Shown piece after piece: positions 48,815-58,718 of a stretch of DNA of 64,000 bases. A model generated the notes under the pieces. The model did no database searches. It had not been told where the DNA came from and saw only the letters and a program-made list of their open reading frames with translations. Numbering within the stretch: position 1 is the stretch's first letter; each line of letters begins with the position of its first letter. Source of the DNA: an uncultured Candidatus Binatia bacterium (lineage in GTDB: Bacteria > Desulfobacterota > Binatia > UBA9968 > JAJDTQ01); contig OZ244070.1 in NCBI GenBank assembly GCA_965215605.1, positions 3,616,001 to 3,680,000 of the forward strand. Direction: 5' to 3'. Both the position numbers and the translations under genes were made by a program.

Positions 48815-49732
48815 GATCCGGGTGCTGAGGTAGCGTTCGCCGCTGTCGCACAACATGGTGGCGACCCGGTGTCCCTTTCCCAGGGTTCTGGCCACCTGCA
48901 TGGCCGCGAAGCAGTTGGCGCCGGACGAGATGCCCACGAAGATTCCTTCTTCCACCGCAAGGCGCTTGGTGGTGGCCGCGGCGTCCTCGTCGCTGACGGT
49001 GATGATCTCGTCGTAAACCCGGGTATTCAGGACCGGCGGTACGAAGCCCGCGCCGATTCCCTGGATCTTGTGGTAGCCGGGTTCTCCGTTGGACAGCACC
49101 GGTGAAGCGGCCGGCTCGACGGCGTAGATTCGTACGGAAGGATTGCTCTCCCGGAGCGCCTCGCCCACGCCGGTGATGGTGCCGCCGGTGCCGACGCCGC
49201 TGACGAATGCGTCCACCTGCTCCAGTTGGCTCAACAACTCCACCGCCGTGGTCTTCCTGTGGGCCGCCGGGTTGGCCGGATTGATGAACTGCTGCGGCAT
49301 GAAGAAATCGGAATGCTCGGCCGCCAGTTCCTCGGCCCGGCGAATGGCGCCGCCCATTCCCTTGGTGTCGGGGGTCAGGATGAGGCGGGCGCCGTACGCC
49401 GCCAGCAGGTTGCGTCTCTCCTCGGACATTGTATCGGGCATGGTGAGGATCAACCGATACCCCTTCACCGCGGCCACCAGTGCGAGGCCGATGCCGGTGT
49501 TGCCGCTGGTGGGCTCCACGATGGTCCCTCCCGGCTTCAGCAGACCCCGGTGCTCCGCGTCCTCGACCATGCTGCGGCAGATGCGGTCCTTGACCGATCC
49601 GCCGGGATTGAGGGATTCGAGCTTGCCCCAGATCTCCGCGTCTTCTTTTCCGGGGAGCCGTGTCAGGCGAGCCACGGGCGTCGATCCGATCAGGTCGAGG
49701 ATGGACCCTGTGCAGGTGGAGGGTGTCGTCAT
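48812..49732 (-). CDS. cysK: Cysteine synthase A
   Basis: [45 protein letters not shown]. Confidence 0.94.
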   Translation of the reverse strand: MTTPSTCTGSILDLIGSTPVARLTRLPGKEDAEIWGKLESLNPGGSVKDRICRSMVEDAEHRGLLKPGGTIVEPTSGNTGIGLALVAAVKGYRLILTMPDTMSEERRNLLAAYGARLILTPDTKGMGGAIRRAEELAAEHSDFFMPQQFINPANPAAHRKTTAVELLSQLEQVDAFVSGVGTGGTITGVGEALRESNPSVRIYAVEPAASPVLSNGEPGYHKIQGIGAGFVPPVLNTRVYDEIITVSDEDAAATTKRLAVEEGIFVGISSGANCFAAMQVARTLGKGHRVATMLCDSGERYLSTRI

Positions 49733-49906
49733 GGTTCCGGGAAGGCGAGCGTCGTCCGCGGCCGTTATGATAGAGTCGGGCTGAATCGAAGTCAACACGG
49801 AGTGATCCGGGAGCCGAGTTGGGCAATCCCTGAGGTTGGTGTTAAAATACGTCGATGAAGGGGCCGGCGCGCGGCAGGACGCGGGGTCCCAGCGGAGGAG
49901 AAGCGC

Positions 49907-50338
49907 ATGTCCGACGAAGAAACAGACGCCCCGAAAGGGTTCAAGGTAAGCGACAAGCGCCGGTTTACCGAGGAGGGCGAGGCCCGCGGGGATGAGGAGA
50001 CGCGGGAAGACAACGCGCCGGAAGAGGCGACTCGGCCGGAGGCGGATACGGAGCCGCTCCGGGAGGCGCGGGACCGCCAGGAGGAGTTGCCTTCCATCAA
50101 TTTCCCCACGTTCATCATCAGTCTCAGCACCCAGGCGCTGATGCATCTCGGAGAGATCGACAACCCGGTTACTGGCCAGCTTGAGAAGGACGTGGCGGTG
50201 GCCAAGCAGACCATCGACATCATCGCCATGCTGAGCGAGAAGAGCAAGGGGAACCTGGACGAGACGGAGGAACAGTTGTTGAAGGAAGTTCTATACAACC
50301 TCAGGATGAAGTACGTGGAGGCCGTCCGGACGACATGA
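49907..50338 (+). CDS. DUF1844-like hypothetical protein
   Basis: [10 protein letters not shown], acidic linker, ALMHLG...[19 protein letters not shown]...LRMKYV. Confidence 0.82.
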   Translation: MSDEETDAPKGFKVSDKRRFTEEGEARGDEETREDNAPEEATRPEADTEPLREARDRQEELPSINFPTFIISLSTQALMHLGEIDNPVTGQLEKDVAVAKQTIDIIAMLSEKSKGNLDETEEQLLKEVLYNLRMKYVEAVRTT

Positions 50339-51747
50339 CGCCAGCATCGCCATCATCCGCGCGCGGACGCACCCTGGCGGCGGTCTTCATGGCCGTGGTG
50401 CTGCTCGCTACGGGGATTTCCCATGCGAGCACACGCATGGAGCTTCCCGATTTCGTCACCCTCTCCAAGCAACTGCGGCCGTTGGTCGTGCACATCTCTT
50501 CCAACTCTGCCGTGCCGGGTCCGGGCAACCCTCAGGAAGAAGGCCCTTTCGGCGAGTTCTGGCGGCGCTTCTTCGGCGAGCGCTTCCCGCGGGGTCCGGT
50601 GCCGGGTCCGCGGCGGAGCGTGGGTTCCGGTTTCATCGTCGATCCCGGCGGCTTCATCGTTACCAACGACCACGTGGTCGAGGATGAAGACGAGCTCACG
50701 GTGAAGCTCTCGGACGGTTCCGAGCACCGGGCCACGGTCGCCGGCCGGGATCCCAAGACCGATATCGCGTTGATCAGGATCGATGTCGAGCGGAAGCTGC
50801 CGGTGGTGCGTCTCGGAGACTCCGCGGCTCTCGAGGTGGGTGAGTGGGTCCTGGCCATCGGCAACCCGTTCGGCCTCGAGCACACGGTGACATCCGGAAT
50901 CGTCAGTGCCAAGGGGCGCCGTATCGGCGCCGGCCCCTACGACAACTTCATACAGACCGACGCCTCCATCAATCCGGGCAACTCCGGCGGGCCGTTGATC
51001 AACCTGCGCGGCGAGGTGGTCGGAGTCAACACCGCGATCTTCAGCCGTGGCGGAGGCAACATCGGAATCGGCTTCGCCATCCCGATCAACCTGGTGAAGG
51101 GACTTCTTCCCCAGCTCAAGGACAAGGGCAAGGTCACGCGGGGCTGGCTGGGCGTGGTGATCGAGGACGTCAACGCCGAGACGGCGGCGGCCCTGGGCAT
51201 GACCGAGGCCCACGGGGCGCTGGTGGCCAACGTGACGCAGGGCAGCCCGGCGGCGGCGGGCGGTTGTCGGGTGGGGGACGTCATCGTACGGTTCGACGGC
51301 GCCGCCATCAGGAAGTCCAGCGACCTCTCCTTGATCGTTGCCCGGACCTCCGTGGGCAAGGCCGTGGACGTCATGGTTCTGCGCGACGGCCGGCCGGTGT
51401 CCCTGACGGTCCGAATCGGCAAGCTGCGCGATGATGAAGCTGTGGCAGCGCTGGAGCGCGACAACGAGCTTGGCCTGACCGTCAGGGAAATGACCCGGCA
51501 GTTCTCCGGCGTGCCGGGAGCCCAGGTGCGGCAAGGCGTGGTGGTGACGGAGATGGAGACCGGCAGCCCGGCGGAGCAGGCGGGGATCCGGGTCGGAGAC
51601 GTGATCCTGGAGATCGACCGCAAACGGATCAACGGCCTCGATGACTTCCGGCAGGTCGTGGGCAACCTGACCAAGGGGAGCGGCATCCTGTTCCTGGTGA
51701 GGCGCGAGGATACGACCCTTTTCCTGGCGTTGCGACTTCGCCCTTAG
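50335..51747 (+). CDS. DegP/DegQ (Do) serine protease with two PDZ domains
   Basis: GSGFI, TNDHV, TDIAL, QTDASINPGNSGG, RGWLGV. Confidence 0.95.
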   Translation: MTPASPSSARGRTLAAVFMAVVLLATGISHASTRMELPDFVTLSKQLRPLVVHISSNSAVPGPGNPQEEGPFGEFWRRFFGERFPRGPVPGPRRSVGSGFIVDPGGFIVTNDHVVEDEDELTVKLSDGSEHRATVAGRDPKTDIALIRIDVERKLPVVRLGDSAALEVGEWVLAIGNPFGLEHTVTSGIVSAKGRRIGAGPYDNFIQTDASINPGNSGGPLINLRGEVVGVNTAIFSRGGGNIGIGFAIPINLVKGLLPQLKDKGKVTRGWLGVVIEDVNAETAAALGMTEAHGALVANVTQGSPAAAGGCRVGDVIVRFDGAAIRKSSDLSLIVARTSVGKAVDVMVLRDGRPVSLTVRIGKLRDDEAVAALERDNELGLTVREMTRQFSGVPGAQVRQGVVVTEMETGSPAEQAGIRVGDVILEIDRKRINGLDDFRQVVGNLTKGSGILFLVRREDTTLFLALRLRP

Positions 51748-51767
51748 TCCACCGAAAGACCGGAGGC

Positions 51768-54005
51768 ATGAGAGGCGGCGGCGTCAAGAGATTCTTCAAG
51801 CGGCTGCTCAAGGTCGCCGCCACGCTGCTGGTGCTGGGGCTCCTTGGCGGGCTGAGCGTGGGGGGCTGGTACGTCTGGCACCTGAGCGTGGTCGTCCAGG
51901 CCAAGTTCGAGGGGCAGAAATGGGAGTTCCCCTCGAAGATCTATTCGAGCAGCAAGATCGTCTATCCGGGGGTCAGTCTCACCATGGACCAGCTCCGGGA
52001 GAAGCTGCGGCGCCTGGGGTATCGATCTTCCCGGCACGAGCCGCGGGCCAAGGGCGAATACCGTATGCGCGGCAAGAACGCGGCCATCGAGATCTTCCTG
52101 CATGACTTTCAGTACCCGTTGCGTGACTTCCGCGGGTTCCCCGTGCGCATTTCCTTGAAGTCCGGAGCCATTCACCGCATCCAGCGACTCGACGACGGCG
52201 AGGTCCTCCCGTCGCTGGAACTGGAACCCGAAGTCGTCACGGGCTTCTACGACCGTGTGCGGGAACAACGGCGGATCGTGCGGTTGGACGAGGTGCCCGT
52301 AGAGATCCGGAAAGCGGTGCTGGCGGTGGAAGATGAGCGTTTCTACTATCACCGTGGCGTGGACCCGGTGGCGGTGTTGCGGGCGTTCGTGGCCAACCTG
52401 CGGCGGGGAGGGGTGGTGCAGGGCGGCAGCACTCTGACCCAGCAGTTGATGAAGAATTTCTTCCTGGAGAGCGACCGTACCCTGGAGCGCAAGGTCAAGG
52501 AAGCGCTGATGGCGATGGTGGCGGAGTGGATGTACTCCAAGGACGAGATTCTGGAAAACTACCTGAACGAAATCTATCTCGGGCAGAACGGCGCCCAGGG
52601 TATCTTCGGCATATGGGAAGCCGCCCGGTTCTACTTCGTCAAGGAACCCGAGCAGCTCACCGTCGGTGAGACAGCCATGCTGGCAGGGCTGATCCGGGCG
52701 CCGAATCGTTACTCCCCCTACCGGAACATCGAGGACGCCACTCGACGCCGCAACGTGATCCTCGCCAAGCTGGCGAGCGACGGCATCATCACGCGGCGCG
52801 CGTACGAGAGGGCGTTGCAGGAGGTCTTCGAGAAGCGGGAGCCGGTGCGCCTCACCAACAGCGCCCCCTACTTCACGGACTACGTGAAGAAGGAACTGGC
52901 GACCCACTACAGCAACAAGGTGTTGACCGCCGAGGGGCTGCGCATCTTCACCAGTCTCGACCGGGAGTTGCAGCAGGCCGCCGAAACGGCCATGACTCGG
53001 GGTCTGGCCAGGCTGGAAAAGGACTTCAGCCACCTGCGGAAGATTGCCAGGAAGGACGATCTCGAGGGCGCGCTGGTGGTGATCAAGCCGCAGACAGGCG
53101 AGATCAAGGCCATGGTTGGCGGACGGGACTACCGCAAGTCCCAGTTCAACCGCGTGGCCCAGGCCAAACGGCAGCCCGGTTCCGTGTTCAAGCCGTTCGT
53201 CTATCTGGCCGCCTTGACCCACGGGTCGAGCCGGAATTATGAATCGTACAACAGCGCCACGCTGGTCGAGGATGCGCCCTTCACGTGGAGCTTCGGCCGC
53301 CAGGACTGGGCCCCAGAGAACTACAAGCAACGGTACTATGGCCGCGTGACCATGGGCGAGGCCATGGAAAAGTCCCTGAACGCCGCAACCGCCCGCATTG
53401 CCCAGGACGTCGGCATCGGGAAGGTACGGGAGATGGCCTATCGAATGGGCATCGAAAGCCGTTTGCCGCTGCTGCCGTCCCTGGCCCTTGGCGCGGTCGA
53501 AGTGACGCCTCTCGAGTTGGCCGGCGCGTTTTCCGCGCTGGCCAACAACGGCGTGCGTACCCACCTTCTGTCCATCAAGAACGTGGTGGACCGCGACGGA
53601 ACGGTTCTGGAGAAGGGGAACATACGGGTGAAGCGCGTCATATCGCCTCAGGTGGCCTACGACATGAACAACATGCTGCGAGGGGTGGTGGACCGGGGCA
53701 CGGCGCGCGGCGCGCGCGTGCTGGGGTTCACGCGTCCCGCCGCCGGCAAGACGGGCACCACCAATGACGCCCGGGATGCATGGTTCGCGGGCTACACTCC
53801 GGAGCTCCTGGCGTTGGTCTGGGTCGGCTTCGACCGCCAGTCCGAGCTCGGCCTCACCGGGTCCCGGGCGGCCCTTCCGATATGGACGGATTTCATGAAA
53901 CAGGCCACCAGCCGGCTGCCGGTCACGGATTTCATCACTCCGCCCGGCATCTCCTCCAGCACGGCGACGGACGTCCGGCCGACTTCGGACAGAGGTGAAT
54001 CGTGA
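51768..54005 (+). CDS. Class A penicillin-binding protein (PBP1B-like)
   Basis: N-terminal TM, UB2H-like insert, EDERFYYH, GGSTLTQQL, RKVKE; SVFK, SLN, KTGT. Confidence 0.92.
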   Translation: MRGGGVKRFFKRLLKVAATLLVLGLLGGLSVGGWYVWHLSVVVQAKFEGQKWEFPSKIYSSSKIVYPGVSLTMDQLREKLRRLGYRSSRHEPRAKGEYRMRGKNAAIEIFLHDFQYPLRDFRGFPVRISLKSGAIHRIQRLDDGEVLPSLELEPEVVTGFYDRVREQRRIVRLDEVPVEIRKAVLAVEDERFYYHRGVDPVAVLRAFVANLRRGGVVQGGSTLTQQLMKNFFLESDRTLERKVKEALMAMVAEWMYSKDEILENYLNEIYLGQNGAQGIFGIWEAARFYFVKEPEQLTVGETAMLAGLIRAPNRYSPYRNIEDATRRRNVILAKLASDGIITRRAYERALQEVFEKREPVRLTNSAPYFTDYVKKELATHYSNKVLTAEGLRIFTSLDRELQQAAETAMTRGLARLEKDFSHLRKIARKDDLEGALVVIKPQTGEIKAMVGGRDYRKSQFNRVAQAKRQPGSVFKPFVYLAALTHGSSRNYESYNSATLVEDAPFTWSFGRQDWAPENYKQRYYGRVTMGEAMEKSLNAATARIAQDVGIGKVREMAYRMGIESRLPLLPSLALGAVEVTPLELAGAFSALANNGVRTHLLSIKNVVDRDGTVLEKGNIRVKRVISPQVAYDMNNMLRGVVDRGTARGARVLGFTRPAAGKTGTTNDARDAWFAGYTPELLALVWVGFDRQSELGLTGSRAALPIWTDFMKQATSRLPVTDFITPPGISSSTATDVRPTSDRGES

Positions 54006-54997
54006 TCGTATTGGGCGTCGAGACGTCGTGTGACGATACCGCCGCGGCGGTTCTTGAAGACGGCAGATCCGTGCGGGCCAACCTGGTGTCGTCCCAGGAT
54101 GCGGTGCACGCGCCGTACGGTGGCATCGTGCCGGAGATGGCCTCGCGCCAGCACATCCGGACCATCCAGCCCATGGTGGACCGGGCGCTGGAGCAGGCGG
54201 GCGTCACCGCCGGGGATCTGGACGGGTTGGCGGTCACCTACGGCCCCGGCTTGACGGGCTCGCTCCTGGTGGGCCTCTCCTTCGTCAAGGGATGGTCCTT
54301 TCGGTCCGGCATTCCCTACGTGGGGGTCAACCACCTGGAAGCCCATGTGCTGTCCATTTTCCTGGAGAAGGAGGTGGCCTTCCCCTATCTGGCGCTGGTG
54401 GCTTCCGGGGGACACACGCTGCTCTACATGGTCCGGGCGGTAGGCGAGTACGACCATCTCGGAGGCACTCTCGATGACGCCGCCGGCGAAGCCTACGACA
54501 AGGTGGCCAAGATGATGGGGCTGGGTTTTCCCGGCGGGCGGGTCATCGACGACCTGGCCAGGCAGGGCGATCCGCGGGCCGTCGCCTTTCCCAGGGCGCG
54601 CTTGCGCACCCCTTACGATTTCAGCTTCAGCGGCCTCAAGACCTCCGTCTGGCACTACCTGACCTGCAAGCGGCCGGATCATTGGCGCGAGGAGCTGGCC
54701 GACATCGCGGCAAGCTTCCAGGAGGCCGTGGTGGACATGCTGATTGCGCCGACCCTCAGGGCGGTGGAGGAGTTCGGCATCAAGAATATCGTCCTGGGCG
54801 GAGGGGTCGCCGCCAACAGCCGTCTCCGGGCAAAGCTGGCGGAAAAGGCCGGCGAGGTGGAGGCGGAGCTTCACTGCCCGTCGCTCCGCTTCTGCACGGA
54901 CAACGGCGCCATGGTGGCCTTGGTTGGGAGCCGCCGGCTGGAGCAGGGCGATGGCAGCGGCCCCCGTCTGAATGCCGATCCCGCGCTGATCCTCTGA
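54002..54997 (+). CDS. tsaD: tRNA t6A37 threonylcarbamoyltransferase TsaD
   Basis: LGVETSCDDT, HLEAH, SGGHT, DDAAGEAYDK, CTDNGAM. Confidence 0.96.
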   Translation: MIVLGVETSCDDTAAAVLEDGRSVRANLVSSQDAVHAPYGGIVPEMASRQHIRTIQPMVDRALEQAGVTAGDLDGLAVTYGPGLTGSLLVGLSFVKGWSFRSGIPYVGVNHLEAHVLSIFLEKEVAFPYLALVASGGHTLLYMVRAVGEYDHLGGTLDDAAGEAYDKVAKMMGLGFPGGRVIDDLARQGDPRAVAFPRARLRTPYDFSFSGLKTSVWHYLTCKRPDHWREELADIAASFQEAVVDMLIAPTLRAVEEFGIKNIVLGGGVAANSRLRAKLAEKAGEVEAELHCPSLRFCTDNGAMVALVGSRRLEQGDGSGPRLNADPALIL

Positions 54998-55029
54998 GGA
55001 GTCACCGATCATTCGCCGCCATCGAGGCC

Positions 55030-55058
55030 GGTCCCGAGCGTAGCGAAGTCGAGGGACC
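55030..55058. repeat. REP-like hairpin between tsaD and rsmA
   Basis: GGTCCC-GAGCGTAGCGAAGTCGA-GGGACC. Confidence 0.5.
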
Positions 55059-55060
55059 TC

Positions 55061-55921
55061 ATGACCACCCTTCATCAAGAGGCGAGGATCGCCTGGCGCG
55101 AACTGGGCTTTACGCCCAGCCGGGCCCGCGGTCAGAACTTTCTTGTCCATCGGCGCGTCATCGACACCCTCATCCGACTTCTCGACCTGGACGAGGATGA
55201 CGGGATACTGGAGGTGGGACCGGGACTGGGCTTCGTCACCCGCTGTCTGGTCGGCGAGAGCCGGAGCGTCTGGGCCGTCGAGGTGGATCCGTTGCTGGTG
55301 CGGTGGCTGCGCGACGGCCCGCTGGGGTCGCGCGCGGGGTTCCATCTCATCCACCAGGACGTCCTGACCATGGACTTCGACAGGTTCCTGCCCGAATACC
55401 GGCTCAAGGTGGTGGCGAACCTTCCCTACAGCGTGGCTGCGCCGGCGCTGCTGCGTCTTTTCGAGGCGGGGCATCATTTCTCGGCCCTGGTGGTCATGCT
55501 GCAGAAGGAAGTGGCGCAAAGGGTTGCGGCTGCTCCGGGCACTTCCGCCTACGGCGCCCTCTCGCTCTGGTGCCGGCTCTACGGGAAGGTGACCCGGAAG
55601 GTGGCGGTGTCGCCGGAAGCGTTCACGCCCCGGCCCAGGGTCGACTCGACGCTCTTGAGGATCGAGTTGCACCCGGAGCCGCTGGTGCCGGCCGGAGAGA
55701 TTCCGCTGTTCGGGTCGGTGATGCGCGCCGGGTTCGCCCGCAGGCGCAAGATGCTGGGCAACGCGTTGTCGGGTCTGTTCGATACCCGGACCGGGGAGAT
55801 CTTCGAACGGGCGGCCATCGACCCCCGGCGCCGGGCCGAAACGCTGGAACTGGAGGAGTTCGCCCGCCTGGCCCGCGCGTTGGGGGAGTCTGGGGGCGGC
55901 GGAAATGCCGGAGCTGCCTGA
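55061..55921 (+). CDS. rsmA: 16S rRNA dimethyltransferase RsmA/KsgA
   Basis: GQNFL, LEVGPGLG, ANLPY, MLQKEVA, FTPRPRVDS. Confidence 0.95.
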   Translation: MTTLHQEARIAWRELGFTPSRARGQNFLVHRRVIDTLIRLLDLDEDDGILEVGPGLGFVTRCLVGESRSVWAVEVDPLLVRWLRDGPLGSRAGFHLIHQDVLTMDFDRFLPEYRLKVVANLPYSVAAPALLRLFEAGHHFSALVVMLQKEVAQRVAAAPGTSAYGALSLWCRLYGKVTRKVAVSPEAFTPRPRVDSTLLRIELHPEPLVPAGEIPLFGSVMRAGFARRRKMLGNALSGLFDTRTGEIFERAAIDPRRRAETLELEEFARLARALGESGGGGNAGAA

Positions 55922-56726
55922 AGTCGAAACCGTGTGCCGCACGTTGCGGGAGCGGCTTCAGGGGGTGAGAATCCTCCAGGTCCGCGTCATTGAAGGCCGC
56001 CTGCGGCAGCCCGTGGCCGCGGATTTCGCCGCCCGTCTGGAGGGCAGGACGGTGGCCGCGGTGAGCCGTCGCGGCAAGTACATCGTGGCGGAACTGGACG
56101 GCGGCTGGACGTGGGTCTCGCACCTGGGCATGTCGGGCAAGCTGACCTTCCGGGAGCGGGACGCGTCCCTGGAGAAGCACGATCACCTCGTGTTCACCCT
56201 CGGCAAGGGGGGCGAGCTTCGCTATCATGACCCGCGCCGCTTCGGGCTTTGCGTGGTCCTGCCCAGCCGGGAGCTGGATGCGTGGCCGCCCTTCGCCCGA
56301 CTCGGGATGGATCCCCTGGACCCCCGTTTCACCGGCGACTACCTCTATCCGTTCCTGCACCGGTCGCGCAGGAGCCTGCGGGACCTGCTGCTGGATCAGC
56401 AGATCGTCTGCGGCCTTGGCAACATCTACGTCAACGAAGTGCTTGCCCGCATCGGGGTCCGTCCCACCCGCCGGAGCCATCGCGTCTCCAGGGCTTTGAG
56501 CGCGGAGCTGGCGCGCGAGATCCGCGTGTTGCTGCGGGAGGCCATCCGCTGGCGCGGCAGCTCGGTGTCGGACTACCGGGACGGCAACGATGATCGCGGC
56601 GCCTTTCAGTGGCGCCTTCGGGTGTATGACAGAAAAGGCGCGCCCTGCCACGACTGCGGCACGCCCATCAAGAGGATCGGTCTCGGGAACCGCGGCGTGT
56701 TCTACTGTCCGCGGTGTCAGCCCTGA
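55905..56726 (+). CDS. mutM: Formamidopyrimidine-DNA glycosylase
   Basis: MPELPEVE, HLGMSG, DPRRFG, GLGNIY, C-terminal zinc finger. Confidence 0.96.
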   Translation: MPELPEVETVCRTLRERLQGVRILQVRVIEGRLRQPVAADFAARLEGRTVAAVSRRGKYIVAELDGGWTWVSHLGMSGKLTFRERDASLEKHDHLVFTLGKGGELRYHDPRRFGLCVVLPSRELDAWPPFARLGMDPLDPRFTGDYLYPFLHRSRRSLRDLLLDQQIVCGLGNIYVNEVLARIGVRPTRRSHRVSRALSAELAREIRVLLREAIRWRGSSVSDYRDGNDDRGAFQWRLRVYDRKGAPCHDCGTPIKRIGLGNRGVFYCPRCQP

Positions 56727-56742
56727 TCCGTCCGGCAGCCGA

Positions 56743-57270
56743 TCAGTCCAGCACCTTGTAGTCGCCGCCCAGGTAGCTCCTGCACAGCTCCGCGTAGGTG
56801 GACGAGCCCATCTTGATCCAGTTGAGGGCCTCGCCGCTGATTTCCTTCTTGACCTTCGCCGGAGTGCCCGCCGCCAGGCAGCGCGGGGGAATCCGGGTGT
56901 GCGGCACCACCACGCTGCCGGCGGCGACGAGAGACTCCTCGCCGATCTCGGTGTCCTCCAGCAGCGTCGAGTTCATGCCGATGATGGCGAATCGCCGGAT
57001 GGTGGCGCCTTCCATGACGGCGGCGTGCCCCACCGTCACGTCCGCTTCGATGATCACCGCGCCTTCCCCCGAGTGGAGCACGCAGTTGTCCTGGATGCTG
57101 GTCCTGGCGCCGATCACGATGGGGTTCTGGTTCTCGTCGGAGCGGAGCACGGCGCCGAACCAGATGCTGGCCCCGGCTTCCACGGTGACGTCGCCGATGA
57201 GCACGGCGGTAGGGGCAACGAAGGCCTCGGGCGAGACCTTGGGGCTCTGGCCCTTGTACTGGATGAGCAT
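56743..57270 (-). CDS. Gamma carbonic anhydrase family protein (YrdA-like)
   Basis: Hexapeptide repeats; IWFGAVLRSD, IQDNCVLH, VGH. Confidence 0.88.
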   Translation of the reverse strand: MLIQYKGQSPKVSPEAFVAPTAVLIGDVTVEAGASIWFGAVLRSDENQNPIVIGARTSIQDNCVLHSGEGAVIIEADVTVGHAAVMEGATIRRFAIIGMNSTLLEDTEIGEESLVAAGSVVVPHTRIPPRCLAAGTPAKVKKEISGEALNWIKMGSSTYAELCRSYLGGDYKVLD

Positions 57271-57323
57271 TCACATACCTCCTTGGGCGCTGACGAGAAA
57301 CGTGGTTTGGAAGTCCAGCCGGC

Positions 57324-58565
57324 TCAAGAGGCCGGGAGATCGAAATGTTGCGCCGCCGTGCGGCAAATGGTGTCCGCGATCCCCAGGGACGAGGTGGCGC
57401 CGGGCGACGGGGCGTTGAGCACGTGAATGGCGCCTTCGGATTCGGCGATGACGAAGTCGTCCACCAGCTTGCCGCTGGCGGACACGGCCTGGGCGCGCAC
57501 GCCGGCGCCGCTGTACTCCAGGTCCCGCGACTCGATGGCGGGAATGAGGCGCTGGAGCTCGCGGGTGAAGGCGCGCTTGTCGAAGGAGCGCCGGAGTTCG
57601 GGCAGGGAAGTCTTCCAGTGCTTTCGGGCCATGCCCCAGAAACCGCCGTAGGAGAAGATCTCGTACAAGTCCCGCAGGTTGACGTCGCTCTGACGGTACC
57701 CCTGCCGCGCGAATGCCAGCACGGCGTTAGGTCCCACCTCCACGCGGCCGTGCACCGTGGGCGTGAAGTGAACTCCCAGAAACGGGAACTGGGGATCGGG
57801 CACCGGATAGACGAGACCCTTTACGAACCCCTGCTTCTCCGGCTTGAGCCGATGGTACTCGCCCCGGAAGGGGACGATCCGAACCGGTTCGTCGATGCCG
57901 CCGCGAACGCTGGCCGCGAACCCCGGGGTCATGGCCGCCACCCGGTCGACGAACAGTCCGGCGCAGTTGATGAGCTTGCGGGTCTCCAGGGCGTCCCGCG
58001 AGGTCTCGATGACGAATCCGTTGGACGACCGGGCGATGCCGGTGACCTCGCACGACGTCCGGATGGCGCCGCCTCCCGCTTCGAACAGCCGCGCGTAGGC
58101 GCGGGCCACGTCGCCGAAGTCGATGATCCCCGTGAAGGGGGCGTGGAGCGCCTTCAAGCCAGTGCAGTGGGGCTCGATTTCCCGGAGCTCCTCGGGACCG
58201 ATCATGCGCACCCCGTCCACGCCGTTCGCCTCGGCGCGGCGGTTCAGCTCCTCCAGGCGCGGCAGCTCCTCGGGCCGTGTGGCGACGATGACCTTGCCGC
58301 ACAGGTCATAGTGGATGCCGTGCTCGTCACAGAATTCCAGCAGCGCCTTCTTTCCGGCAACGCAGGTCCGCGCCTTGACGGACCCGGGCCGGTAGTAGAT
58401 GCCGGAATGGAGCACGCCGCTGTTGTGGCCCGTCTGGTGCCGTCCGAGCTCCGCTTCCTTCTCCAGCAGCGCGCACCGCGACCCGGGATGGTCCCGTACC
58501 ATGCGCATGGCCGTCGCCAAACCCACGATGCCGCCGCCGATGACCGTCAGATCGAATTTTTCCAT
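57324..58565 (-). CDS. lhgO: L-2-hydroxyglutarate oxidase
   Basis: IGGGIVG, HQTGHNSGVLHSGIYY, YPVPDPQFPFLGVH, AGVRAQA, NAPSPGATS. Confidence 0.92.
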   Translation of the reverse strand: MEKFDLTVIGGGIVGLATAMRMVRDHPGSRCALLEKEAELGRHQTGHNSGVLHSGIYYRPGSVKARTCVAGKKALLEFCDEHGIHYDLCGKVIVATRPEELPRLEELNRRAEANGVDGVRMIGPEELREIEPHCTGLKALHAPFTGIIDFGDVARAYARLFEAGGGAIRTSCEVTGIARSSNGFVIETSRDALETRKLINCAGLFVDRVAAMTPGFAASVRGGIDEPVRIVPFRGEYHRLKPEKQGFVKGLVYPVPDPQFPFLGVHFTPTVHGRVEVGPNAVLAFARQGYRQSDVNLRDLYEIFSYGGFWGMARKHWKTSLPELRRSFDKRAFTRELQRLIPAIESRDLEYSGAGVRAQAVSASGKLVDDFVIAESEGAIHVLNAPSPGATSSLGIADTICRTAAQHFDLPAS

Positions 58566-58718
58566 GAGATAAGCAGGGGGCCAGCGGAACGCCGGTTGAG
58601 GTAGCCGTCCGCGACAGGAAACCTTAACAGCTTCGTTCCAAGCGTGTCCAGGGAGAGAACCGCGGACCGGTCGTCCGTTGTTTTGCACACCCCCGGCCCG
58701 CGGTGATATTCGTTGGGT